In this document: piece after piece, positions 29,084 through 37,815 of the stretch | Layout: every line of letters begins with the position of its first letter | How positions within the stretch are numbered: position 1 is the first letter of the stretch | IMG/VR virus record: IMGVR_UViG_3300017963_000188 | Span: 62,001-126,000 of that record | Length of the DNA: 64,000 bases | Strand: one strand, 5' to 3' | Notes under the pieces: generated by a model | Told to the model about the DNA's origin: nothing | Seen by the model: the letters and a program-made list of their open reading frames with translations, nothing else | Database searches by the model: none | Made by a program: the position numbers and the translations under genes

Positions 29084-29793
29084 TTCTTGACAGCTTTCTT
29101 AGCAGCAGGCTTTGCCCGTGCCCTTTTTTTACGTTTCGTTTTTGGTTCTTGCTTTCTATTTTCATCTAGGGATGACATTGGACCTGGTTGTCTCATTTCT
29201 TCTATGAATGCATTAGCTTCTACATATTCTTTCTTTTTGAGATCATACACTGTACCAATCTCCTGCATGATGAAAGGATGATGGACAGAGGCTATGATCT
29301 GGATATTTTTCTCAAAAGGATACAGCAAGAAAAGTCTTGATAAAGCCATTGCAACTCGTATAGAAGCTGCCTGATCAGGTTCGTCGAGAAGATACACATC
29401 ATACTCTTTTGACATGATTGCATCGATAGCATAGATAGCTGATTCACCATGAGACATCCACATAGAGTGCATATGGTGGCCAACATCCATGTCTTTGTCA
29501 TCCCAATCAAAATAGTTCAGTGTTCTTTTGTTATCTTTTTCAAAATCATAATGCTTGATTTTACAACCTTCATCCATATCAATATTGATGATATCTTTGG
29601 CTTTTTTATGATCATGGCTTTTCCAGACATTGGTAGAAGTGTAATCTCCAATTAACTGTAGGAGTGTCGATTTACCAGATCCATTGAGACCAACTATGAG
29701 ATTTGTGCGACCTCGAAACTCGATAACATCACCAGATTTAAAGCATCTGTGGTCTTGTTTGAAAGTAACTTTTCTGAATTTTGGTTCAAACAT
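29080..29793 (-). CDS. ABC/AAA_21-type ATPase
   Basis: GLNGSGKST, SHGES, YLLDEPD, H-loop SVHH; start uncertain (track 29865). Confidence 0.85.
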   Translation of the reverse strand: MFEPKFRKVTFKQDHRCFKSGDVIEFRGRTNLIVGLNGSGKSTLLQLIGDYTSTNVWKSHDHKKAKDIINIDMDEGCKIKHYDFEKDNKRTLNYFDWDDKDMDVGHHMHSMWMSHGESAIYAIDAIMSKEYDVYLLDEPDQAASIRVAMALSRLFLLYPFEKNIQIIASVHHPFIMQEIGTVYDLKKKEYVEANAFIEEMRQPGPMSSLDENRKQEPKTKRKKRARAKPAAKKAVKK

Positions 29794-29795
29794 TT

Positions 29796-30224
29796 TCAGT
29801 GTCCAATATAACTCAGTCGGGGTATCTGAGAGTATTTCTTCCTCCAATCTTTGGTGTATTTCCATTGGAGGTCATCAAGTTGTGGGAAGAACCCTTCATC
29901 ATCCATACTGTCTGGAGAGAAAGCATCTTCAGCATCATGAACCCATGCCATGACTATCTTCTTGTTCTTATCACTAGGATCTACCAACTCTATGAATCTA
30001 TTTTCTTGTGGTGGGCATGTGGGAAGAATTCCTAGCATGAATCTGATGACACCCCCCATACCAAGAGCAAGGTGAGGTTTGTCATCACAGGAACCAGCAC
30101 TTGTATCATATGTGATGCCATTCTCATACATAGCATCTACACATTCTCGTATCGAGAGCTTTCCTTTAGCATAGAGCCGACGCATAAAGAATTCACATAT
30201 TGGTCTGAGATGTGCCACTCCCAT
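29796..30224 (-). CDS. hypothetical protein
   Basis: 142 aa, AAGGAG SD. Confidence 0.65.
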   Translation of the reverse strand: MGVAHLRPICEFFMRRLYAKGKLSIRECVDAMYENGITYDTSAGSCDDKPHLALGMGGVIRFMLGILPTCPPQENRFIELVDPSDKNKKIVMAWVHDAEDAFSPDSMDDEGFFPQLDDLQWKYTKDWRKKYSQIPRLSYIGH

Positions 30225-30240
30225 AATAGCTCCTTTATGT

Positions 30241-30326
30241 TGGTGGGTGAGGAGGGACTCGAACCCTCAAGCCCGAAGGCACAGGAACCTAAATCCTGCG
30301 TGTCTACCAAGTTCCACCACTCACCC
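30241..30326 (-). tRNA. trnL: tRNA-Leu(UAG)
   Basis: cloverleaf, loop TTTAGGT, long variable arm, CCA. Confidence 0.95.
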
Positions 30327-30373
30327 AGCTTGCATCTCACCCAGCTTGCATCTCATCCAGCTTGCATCTCACC
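30320..30373. repeat. 16-bp tandem repeat (3.4 copies) overlapping tRNA-Leu 5' end
   Basis: CTCACCCAGCTTGCAT at 30320, 30336, 30352 (1 mismatch), partial 30368. Confidence 0.9.
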
Positions 30374-30531
30374 ACATCTGCCCGTTTCTTTGCAGCCTCT
30401 CTTTTTGCTTTTTCCTCTGCTTCTTTTTTCCTAACCATCTCCTTATGAGCATCACTTTCAAGATGGTCCTTAAGAGCTGATTCTCTCTTGAAACGTCTCA
30501 TACAAAGACTGCAAACAAACTTTGGAGGCAT
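30337..30531 (-). CDS. C2H2 zinc-finger small protein
   Basis: FVCSLCMRRF...LKDHLESDAH. Confidence 0.7.
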   Translation of the reverse strand: MPPKFVCSLCMRRFKRESALKDHLESDAHKEMVRKKEAEEKAKREAAKKRADVVRCKLDEMQAG

Positions 30532-30556
30532 CTTATCTCCTTCCTATGTTCTAAGG

Positions 30557-30583
30557 TTGTATACTGGACAGATTTGAATTTTT
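30557..30583 (-). promoter_or_regulatory. class A promoter
   Basis: AAAAAT-N11-CAGTATACAA. Confidence 0.55.
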
Positions 30584-30605
30584 GAAGGGATTTTTTGAAA
30601 GGTCA

Positions 30606-31433
30606 TTAGTCGATCCAGCTAACACCTTCCATTCGACCTTGATTGGATTCAGTGTTAGCAATGACTTTACGCCATTGTCTGATCTTAAGGGTTTTATGGT
30701 CCACATGCCTGATATTGCCCCTGACAAACACTTCTGGACGCTGACGCATGGGAAAGCCGTGACTCAAGGGGGTCCCTCCAAGCACTACCAGTTCCTCAGC
30801 AATGTGAGGGTTTCCACCAGCACGACCCGCATGGGCTCCAATGCTTTCCTTACGTTTCATCAGACCCATTTCCACAGCCTTTTCGATTTCTTTCTTCTCA
30901 GTATCTGTGGTGTTGAGGAAGAACCACTCCCCTTGCCTGAAGGTCCTCCCTTTTTGCTTCCCTTCTGCTGTCCATACAGTGGGGGCTTTGAGGCAGTTGT
31001 GTGCATCCCTGACCGTACTCACAGCTTTGGGGAGCTGAGCAATGAAGAGCTGTCGTTCATCCACTCCCATCAAGAAATGACGTTTGTTTTCTGGGGTGTA
31101 TTCCCGAACAACCCAATGCTTTTTGGTTTCCCGGATCGTATTCTTGGGTCTATCAGGGATACGAGACTTGTAGATCAGAGTCTCAAAGGGCCTACGTTTT
31201 TCATGGACCATCAACACAAGTTGACCCTTCTCTGCATCAGTACCCTGGACCAAGACCCGATTGGAATCATGGCCAGGATAAATCCTGAAGATTTCGGTAC
31301 GACGATTGCCCTTGATACGACGGTCAATATCCATACCGAAAACATCCTCTCCACCCGTACCACGAGTGAAAGGAGTGTTGGTAACTTCCACTTTGAGTCC
31401 TGCTCTCTCGAAACCTTTGACCAAATTTTCCAT
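30606..31433 (-). CDS. hypothetical protein (RQGEWFF motif)
   Basis: 275 aa; visibly higher GC than flanks. Confidence 0.8.
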   Translation of the reverse strand: MENLVKGFERAGLKVEVTNTPFTRGTGGEDVFGMDIDRRIKGNRRTEIFRIYPGHDSNRVLVQGTDAEKGQLVLMVHEKRRPFETLIYKSRIPDRPKNTIRETKKHWVVREYTPENKRHFLMGVDERQLFIAQLPKAVSTVRDAHNCLKAPTVWTAEGKQKGRTFRQGEWFFLNTTDTEKKEIEKAVEMGLMKRKESIGAHAGRAGGNPHIAEELVVLGGTPLSHGFPMRQRPEVFVRGNIRHVDHKTLKIRQWRKVIANTESNQGRMEGVSWID

Positions 31434-31494
31434 GGTACCATCTCCATTCTAGAAGTAACCACTCTAGAATTATACCAAGGGGTTATTTTTTTGG

Positions 31495-33450
31495 TTATTG
31501 ATCTAGAACAGACCTGATCTTTTTTGAGATTTCACTGAGACTGAAAGGCTTTTGAATAAATCCATCACAACCTTTTTCCAACACATATGAAGCTTTCCCA
31601 TTGATGTTGTATCCACTCATCAAGACAACTTTCACTTTTGGGTTTATCTTCTTCAGAGTGTCATATATCTCTGGACCCCCAATTCCTGGCAGCACCATAT
31701 CTAACAATATCAAGTCGATACTGTCTTGATGGTTCTTATAGAAATCAATAGCTTTTAAACCATCTTTTTCAGGATAAACCGTATATCCTATAGTACTGAG
31801 AAGTCTAGTAGCTGTTTTTATGATAATATCTTCATCATCTATCAACAATATACATTCTGATCCTATCTCTAACTGATCATCCTCTATTTTATTTTCAAAT
31901 AAGATCTCTTCAGCTCTGGGGAGATACACATTTACGGTAGTCCCTTCTCCTTCAACACTATGTAGAGAAATATCCCCCTCATGATTTTTGATGATACCAT
32001 ATGCTGAAGATAAGCCAAGACCAGAACCACGTCCTACTTCTTTGGTTGTGTAGAACGGATCAAAGGCTCGTTCTATTGTTTTATTACTCATCCCACACCC
32101 AGTATCTGTCACAGATAACTTGATATAATCACCAGGTTTTAAATGAAGAGATCCTATTTCAGATACTGATATATTTGAAGTAGTAATATAAAGATCACCT
32201 CCTGTTGGCATAGCTTGACTAGCATTGACAAACAGGTTCATAAGAACTTGTTCTATCTGGCCGGGATCTGCACTGACACTCCAAATATCACTCTTCAGAC
32301 TTTTATGCACAACAATATCTTTCCTAGTTCTGCTAAATATACCAATGCTATTGTTGACTAATACATTTATGTTTGAGGTTATGATATTTGAGGTGTCTAT
32401 GCCACGACGGGCAAAGCTAAGAAGTTGTGCAGTCAGATCAGCAGCTCTCTTACCACAAATCTCTATATCTATAAGTTCTTGGCTAGTCTTCCCTTCTTTC
32501 AAACGAAGTAAAGTAGCATTTGATAGTATACCCATCAAAAGGTTGTTGAAATCATGTGCTATTCCACCAGCCAAGGTTCCAATAGCTTCCATTTTCTGAG
32601 CATGGTAAAATTGAGTTTCAAGAGCTTTTCGATCTGTGATGTCCTCTCCATAACCAATACTATATTTTATATTACCCTCGTGATCATACAACACTGAATT
32701 GTGCCAAGCTATGAGTCTTTCTTCTCCAGTCTTTGTCAGTACAGGATTTTCATAGTATTCAGATAATTGTATTTCACCATTTATCAGATTATTAAAGACT
32801 TGTTTTACTTGAGGCACATATCTTTTTGGTAAGAAGTTTTCAAACCAGTTTTTACCAATTATATGCCTACAATCATCAGAATTATAACCTAATATCTGAC
32901 ATCCTTTCTTGTTTATAAGAGCAACATTTTGATTAGAATCAATTGTTACAAAAATCACATTAGCTACATTAAGGAACTCTTTCACTGTATTTTTTTCCAT
33001 CTTTAATTCTTTTTCTACTTCATATTGTTTAGTCACATCTACGATCTGTATTATTAGACCACCTTTAAAAAATGATGTGTGAAAAGAAGCTACTTTCTCA
33101 GCACCATCTTTACACGTTATTCTGAATACAGTGCAATCCTGTCCCTCACCCTTAAGAGCTTGTGTCACATTTTTCCAAACAAAATCTCTATATTCTCCAT
33201 CAGGATATAACCTTTCTACCCATTCTCCTACATTTTTGATTTCATCAGTAGTGTACCCAATGAATTTCTCTAGAGCTTTATTGAAAAGTACAATAGAACC
33301 ATCCGACCGTCCTATAGCCGTTGGTATTGGACTTTGAAGCACAATTAACGGAAAGCATAATTCAGAGTCTAGGATATCAACATCATATTCTGGAGATCCC
33401 CTAATATCTGCTAGAGCTTTCGCTTCTTTGTCCGACATTCCTTTGATCAT
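31495..33450 (-). CDS. PAS-PAS hybrid sensor histidine kinase/response regulator
   Basis: two PAS; AHDFNN H box, N/G1/F/G2 boxes; receiver LLIDDE...LLDMVLP...KPF. Confidence 0.95.
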   Translation of the reverse strand: MIKGMSDKEAKALADIRGSPEYDVDILDSELCFPLIVLQSPIPTAIGRSDGSIVLFNKALEKFIGYTTDEIKNVGEWVERLYPDGEYRDFVWKNVTQALKGEGQDCTVFRITCKDGAEKVASFHTSFFKGGLIIQIVDVTKQYEVEKELKMEKNTVKEFLNVANVIFVTIDSNQNVALINKKGCQILGYNSDDCRHIIGKNWFENFLPKRYVPQVKQVFNNLINGEIQLSEYYENPVLTKTGEERLIAWHNSVLYDHEGNIKYSIGYGEDITDRKALETQFYHAQKMEAIGTLAGGIAHDFNNLLMGILSNATLLRLKEGKTSQELIDIEICGKRAADLTAQLLSFARRGIDTSNIITSNINVLVNNSIGIFSRTRKDIVVHKSLKSDIWSVSADPGQIEQVLMNLFVNASQAMPTGGDLYITTSNISVSEIGSLHLKPGDYIKLSVTDTGCGMSNKTIERAFDPFYTTKEVGRGSGLGLSSAYGIIKNHEGDISLHSVEGEGTTVNVYLPRAEEILFENKIEDDQLEIGSECILLIDDEDIIIKTATRLLSTIGYTVYPEKDGLKAIDFYKNHQDSIDLILLDMVLPGIGGPEIYDTLKKINPKVKVVLMSGYNINGKASYVLEKGCDGFIQKPFSLSEISKKIRSVLDQ

Positions 33451-33514
33451 AAGAGCCCCTGATCTTTTTCGTACTATACAACTTATTTTTAGATTATATA
33501 ATAAAATAATTGAT

Positions 33515-33602
33515 TGGTGCCGGGGGAGGGAATCGAACCCTCACGAGATTTCTCTCATCGGATTTTGAATCCGACGTGTCTACCTAGTTCCACCACCCCG
33601 GC
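33515..33602 (-). tRNA. trnL: tRNA-Leu(CAA)
   Basis: stem TCGGA/TCCGA, loop TTCAAAA, CCA. Confidence 0.95.
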
Positions 33603-33606
33603 TATA

Positions 33607-33692
33607 TGGTGCTGGAGGAGGGATTTGAACCCTCAATCCCTTACGGGCATAGCGTCCTGAACGCTACGTGTATACCGTTCCACCACTCCAGC
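33607..33692 (-). tRNA. trnL: tRNA-Leu(CAG)
   Basis: loop TTCAGGA, CCA. Confidence 0.95.
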
Positions 33693-33700
33693 AAATTGTT

Positions 33701-33788
33701 TGGTGCCGGAAGAGGGAATCGAACCCCCACGGGACAAGTCCCACTAGGACCTAAACCTAGCGTGTCTGCCTAGTTCCACCATTCCGGC
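33701..33788 (-). tRNA. trnL: tRNA-Leu(UAG)
   Basis: loop TTTAGGT, CCA. Confidence 0.95.
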
Positions 33789-33789
33789 C

Positions 33790-33875
33790 TGGTGTCTGGG
33801 GAGGGGATCGAACCCTCAAGCCTTTCGGCACAGCGACCTCAACGCTGCGTGTCTACCTAATTTCACCACCCAGAC
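33790..33875 (-). tRNA. trnL: tRNA-Leu(GAG)
   Basis: loop TTGAGGT, CCA. Confidence 0.95.
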
Positions 33876-33877
33876 TT

Positions 33878-33962
33878 TGGTGCTCAGGGAGGGATTCGAA
33901 CCCTCAAGCCTTTCGGCACAGGATTCTTAGTCCTGCGTGTATACCAGTTCCACCACCCGAGC
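33878..33962 (-). tRNA. trnL: tRNA-Leu(AAG)
   Basis: stem CAGGA/TCCTG, loop CTAAGAA, CCA. Confidence 0.93.
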
Positions 33963-33969
33963 ATATTTT

Positions 33970-34056
33970 TGGTGCTGGGGGAGGGAATCGAACCCTCACG
34001 ACACAAGGCCAGGGGATTTTAAGTCCCCAGTGTCTACCTAATTCCACCACCCCAGC
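33970..34056 (-). tRNA. trnL: tRNA-Leu(UAA)
   Basis: loop CTTAAAA, CCA. Confidence 0.95.
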
Positions 34057-34076
34057 ACAACACCTAAAATTTCAAA

Positions 34077-34244
34077 GATCAAACCTATCCCCTGCACACA
34101 GTACAGTAGTCTAGATCTGTACTGTGAGGATTATTAAATTACAAGAGTAACAGGGAAAGGGATAGATCGGTGGAAACGATTTCGGTTTTGGCAACGATGT
34201 CAATTCCCGTTTTCATCTCTCACCTCACCGTGTCGATTCACGGT
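34077..34244 (-). ncRNA. candidate structured leader/ncRNA upstream of Leu array
   Basis: nested stems 34085-91/34159-65 and 34097-106/34117-126; hairpin 34227-44; class-A-like promoter near 34250. Confidence 0.4.
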
Positions 34245-34297
34245 ACACTTAATATACAGTAGAGAAATCTTTTTGGCTAGTCTTTTTTTGATCTAGG

Positions 34298-35224
34298 CTA
34301 AAAAATACTTCCGTCTTCATTAAATTCATATTCATTGACCATGATATTTTCATCTACATTCTCATCAGCCATCAACCAATCATATTCTTTTTCAAGAGCT
34401 TGGTAGTAATCTTGAGCATAGTATCGAGCTTGTTCAAGACCCCATTCATTGAGTTCTTCTACTTCTCTTTCAAGAGCCTCATCAAACTTGTCTACTTCAT
34501 CTTCTGACCAGTCATCAGCATCTTCATAATTATCTACAGATGGAGCACGGATGTCGTCACCGTGCATTGTATTTGAATGATAGTAATGCCCAGAATGAGT
34601 GATGTTGAGGTGATAATCCTCATAGTCTTCACCACCCATTTCTTCCATGAGCTTTACAAAAGAAGGGAATTGCTTTTCAGCACCTTCACTATGAATGAGC
34701 TTGAGAAGGTCTACAGAACCTTCCCAGCTTGCACCGTCACCCTGACTAGCAAAACCAGAAAAGTACATCTTGTCAATGTCAAAACCCTTTTTCTCACCAT
34801 CTTCCTTGAACTGCTCTTCAAGAAAATCCCACCACTCGTAATCAAGGGCTCCATCACGCCACCATTCACGAGCCTTATCTTTAGCTTGATCGTCAAGTTC
34901 GTCAAACTTGTAGACCTCTTTTTCAACGGTTCTTGGGAGAGCTACTTTTCTTTGTGACTGATATCTATACATGTTCGACCTCTTTGCTGCCTTGTTGAAA
35001 TACTTTACTGCCTCATCTTCTTTCTTGAAGTAATGACCCCAATAGAAACCATTGCCTTTAGACCATCTCCAGACACCCCAAGGTGATGCTGAAGAGTCAG
35101 AAAAACCTAAGGCATACCATTCCTGACCATCCTTACGTTTCACATTCCTGATATCGTATGCTCCAGCACTGGTTTCCATTCCTGGGGGTAACTGCACTCC
35201 TGCTGCTTTTTTATATCTATACAT
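34298..35224 (-). CDS. two-module hypothetical protein, each module beginning MYRY
   Basis: 308 aa; second module VYKFDELDDQAKDKAREW...NEYEFNEDG; internal SD+ATG at 34972. Confidence 0.85.
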   Translation of the reverse strand: MYRYKKAAGVQLPPGMETSAGAYDIRNVKRKDGQEWYALGFSDSSASPWGVWRWSKGNGFYWGHYFKKEDEAVKYFNKAAKRSNMYRYQSQRKVALPRTVEKEVYKFDELDDQAKDKAREWWRDGALDYEWWDFLEEQFKEDGEKKGFDIDKMYFSGFASQGDGASWEGSVDLLKLIHSEGAEKQFPSFVKLMEEMGGEDYEDYHLNITHSGHYYHSNTMHGDDIRAPSVDNYEDADDWSEDEVDKFDEALEREVEELNEWGLEQARYYAQDYYQALEKEYDWLMADENVDENIMVNEYEFNEDGSIF

Positions 35225-35233
35225 TTCAATCTC

Positions 35234-35590
35234 CTAGAAAGCACCTGGTTGAAACCAATTTCCAAAATCATGCTTATCAGTGACTTTAAGATGATCTCCC
35301 TCACTTACCTTAGGGAGCTTTTTACGAAGCCTGATACTCTTCATCTCTGACCTTTTACGAGCATTCTGCATCACAATATCAGCTTCTTCTTGATTATCCA
35401 CAGCAATAGCTATATAGCTTCGACCAGGAGCTTTACCCCACCCACTCATAAAGCTGTCGATCATGATGACGTAATTCCAAGGTTGGGTCTTTTTCTTACG
35501 AACATCTTCAATTTCCTGTCCTCTGATTGATCTCCAGGCAACATTCTCTGCTATTTTACTGAAATCCATGATATGTCTCCTATGTACCAA
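35234..35590 (-). CDS. hypothetical protein (FSKIAENVAWRSI leader)
   Basis: 118 aa; MIDSFMSGWG motif. Confidence 0.75.
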   Translation of the reverse strand: MVHRRHIMDFSKIAENVAWRSIRGQEIEDVRKKKTQPWNYVIMIDSFMSGWGKAPGRSYIAIAVDNQEEADIVMQNARKRSEMKSIRLRKKLPKVSEGDHLKVTDKHDFGNWFQPGAF

Positions 35591-35609
35591 ACAATCTACT
35601 CTAGATAGA

Positions 35610-35626
35610 TTATAAATGATTTATAA
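35610..35626. promoter_or_regulatory. palindromic class B site between divergent genes
   Basis: TTATAAAT-G-ATTTATAA. Confidence 0.5.
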
Positions 35627-35650
35627 TTATATCAAATAAGGAGATATGTC

Positions 35651-35941
35651 ATGCAAATCAGTGCTCAATTAAGAAGACTAGCCAAAGAAATATATCAAGT
35701 GCGGTTAAGCCAAGATCTGATAGATCGTTTAGAAGATTGGGTTTTTGGAACCACAGGTTATGTATCTATAATTTTCAATAATTCTAGAAATTACAAAGAC
35801 GTACCTCTGCAATTAGTTCTAGATACAATATCTGAACTTGAGGGGCCTCTTTATCTAAAGAGCCCCACCCTATCTCTATACGAAAAAGATGAGATAAAAG
35901 ATTTGATCCGTCGATTGAAGAGCTATGTACCTATGCAGTAG
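35651..35941 (+). CDS. hypothetical protein with SAQLRRLAKEI leader
   Basis: 96 aa, AAGGAG SD. Confidence 0.7.
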   Translation: MQISAQLRRLAKEIYQVRLSQDLIDRLEDWVFGTTGYVSIIFNNSRNYKDVPLQLVLDTISELEGPLYLKSPTLSLYEKDEIKDLIRRLKSYVPMQ

Positions 35942-36113
35942 GTTGTGATTTCCTTTTATCCACCACAATCTCTTCTTGACCTTCTTTGACATCCCAGTTA
36001 GCTTGCTTAGCCAAGTTCATCAAAGTTTCTTTTGAGATCCGAATCCCATTACCAAGCTGACCTTCTTTCCAGGTAGTTTGAGATTCTCTTCTTTTCTTTT
36101 TGTCCTTACCCAT
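35931..36113 (-). CDS. small basic protein
   Basis: 60 aa, AAGGAG SD. Confidence 0.55.
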   Translation of the reverse strand: MGKDKKKRRESQTTWKEGQLGNGIRISKETLMNLAKQANWDVKEGQEEIVVDKRKSQPTA

Positions 36114-36353
36114 CTATATCTCCTTAATAGCTTTAACTCCTGGGAAAAGTCGGACATTGCTAGACCCAAGAATCCTTGCAGAACCGAGAAGGACCCATTC
36201 CCTTCTCAAATCGTGGCATTTCTTAATCAACGGTCTGAATCGATAGAATTTGGGGGATCGATAATAACACATTTCATGGGACAATTCTTGAACCAGATAT
36301 TCATATTGTTCCACGAGAGTCTCAAGGGAAGTGATGCACTCAGCATCTTTCAT
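36114..36353 (-). CDS. hypothetical protein
   Basis: 79 aa, TAATG-coupled. Confidence 0.55.
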   Translation of the reverse strand: MKDAECITSLETLVEQYEYLVQELSHEMCYYRSPKFYRFRPLIKKCHDLRREWVLLGSARILGSSNVRLFPGVKAIKEI

Positions 36354-36931
36354 TAGATACTTTTCCCACCGTGACGATATGACCGACCTTTGTTGTATTC
36401 TTTTTTAGCTTCGAGAGCTTCTGCGATACGTAAACCTTTGGCAAGAGCCATATCCATCATTCTAATGATAGTATCGGCAAACTCTACTTCCTGGTAACTA
36501 AATTTTGGAAGTTGATCATTGGGAGGGTCACCCTTCCTAAGACCTTCAAGAGCTTCTGACAATTCACTATGCATCAGAGCAATCATCTCAGCATCATTCC
36601 TAGTTGTAGCTACATTCCAGAGTGTGTGGATGATTTCTTTCTGGTTGTCAATGGTATGACCACATTTTCTGCATTTGAGTTGTAAAAAATCTTCAAGGTA
36701 AGTCCCATCTGGATTTTGTTCTAGAACATATTCATGTGGTTTTCCATCTTTTTCACACCTACCAAACCGAATAGTCTTTTCCCACCAGCCTTTTTCCACT
36801 GCGGTATCATGTACTTCTTTAGCCGTTTCATTCCATGCATCTACAAAACTCATATCTATTCCTTTCTCTAGGGTTGATTTTTTAAGTCCATGTGGATTGT
36901 AAAAAGCAATCCCTATCTCAGGATGTGCCAT
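36353..36931 (-). CDS. MazG-like NTP pyrophosphatase with Cys/His insertion
   Basis: ALMHSELSEALE, EFADTIIRMMD, YNKGRSYRHGGK; start may be MSF at 36853. Confidence 0.8.
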   Translation of the reverse strand: MAHPEIGIAFYNPHGLKKSTLEKGIDMSFVDAWNETAKEVHDTAVEKGWWEKTIRFGRCEKDGKPHEYVLEQNPDGTYLEDFLQLKCRKCGHTIDNQKEIIHTLWNVATTRNDAEMIALMHSELSEALEGLRKGDPPNDQLPKFSYQEVEFADTIIRMMDMALAKGLRIAEALEAKKEYNKGRSYRHGGKSI

Positions 36932-37277
36932 ATTTCTTATCCAGGAATTTGTTGATATTTTCAGCAGAATACCCTAACAATAGACCCATCAAGGCATCAC
37001 CTTCTAAATCCCCTATTGCCACAGTCTCTTCAAATAGATTTTTCACCCATGGGTATCTAGCCACATAAACTCCTGCTGCGGTACCAAAATCATCAGTTAT
37101 GAATTTGTCACGGAATATTTGGACCTCATGTGTGGATTCAAGATTATTTTTGGATTGCTCTATTTGAGCCCATCCTTCAGGACTTACTTCACTTGGATTT
37201 GATAGTAGGGATACACCTCTAGAGACTCGGTAACAGGCTTCTTCTAACCACCACATCCATTCATCTTCGTAACTCAT
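36918..37277 (-). CDS. hypothetical protein
   Basis: 119 aa; GLLLGYS motif. Confidence 0.65.
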   Translation of the reverse strand: MSYEDEWMWWLEEACYRVSRGVSLLSNPSEVSPEGWAQIEQSKNNLESTHEVQIFRDKFITDDFGTAAGVYVARYPWVKNLFEETVAIGDLEGDALMGLLLGYSAENINKFLDKKYGTS

Positions 37278-37552
37278 ATGTCTACTGCCTCAAACTCGAT
37301 ATGGTACGTCTCACTAACCTTGAAATGAGGACATCGTTTACACCCTATATGATATTCTTGTCTGTGCCCATCTGGACCTATCCCACCCCATCGTTGTCTC
37401 ACCATATCATGCCCAATGAAAAAACATCTGACCCTTCTGAAGAAATCTCCTAGTCTTCTTTTCAATGGGAATTTCCCATGCTGGATCGCATACATAAGTG
37501 TTTCAACATCTTCAGACATGGATCGTTTTGCAAAATATGTTTTTGCTTTCAT
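37274..37552 (-). CDS. hypothetical protein
   Basis: 92 aa; CFFIGHD...CKRC. Confidence 0.6.
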   Translation of the reverse strand: MKAKTYFAKRSMSEDVETLMYAIQHGKFPLKRRLGDFFRRVRCFFIGHDMVRQRWGGIGPDGHRQEYHIGCKRCPHFKVSETYHIEFEAVDI

Positions 37553-37568
37553 ATCTTCATGTCTCCCA

Positions 37569-37805
37569 TCAAATATTTACATCTTCTCGACGATGAACCT
37601 CAACAAGTTCAGCTTCGAGTTTACCACCATAAAATGACATGTTAGATCCTACAGAGGAATTCTTATTGGCTTCAGCTACGTTACCCCATTCTTTCATAGC
37701 TTTTTTCCATGCAGCTTTGGGTGATTTCGCCTCGAATTCTTGACCATTCCAAATGGTCTTGATGCTTTCCCCACCACTCGTAAACTTGATTCGATACATA
37801 CCCAT
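37569..37805 (-). CDS. hypothetical protein
   Basis: 78 aa, GGAGG SD. Confidence 0.6.
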   Translation of the reverse strand: MGMYRIKFTSGGESIKTIWNGQEFEAKSPKAAWKKAMKEWGNVAEANKNSSVGSNMSFYGGKLEAELVEVHRREDVNI

Positions 37806-37815
37806 TGGAGTCCTC

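Noticed and set aside
30582-31517. 311-aa plus-strand ORF
   Set aside because: Shadow of 30606..31433; no SD or motifs.
33515-34056. Regularly spaced repeats resembling a CRISPR array
   Set aside because: These are shared T and D arm sequences of tandem tRNAs; no cas genes or repeat-spacer array seen.
34165-34185. T-box riboswitch (GGTGGAA)
   Set aside because: On the strand opposite the Leu array; no specifier or antiterminator found.
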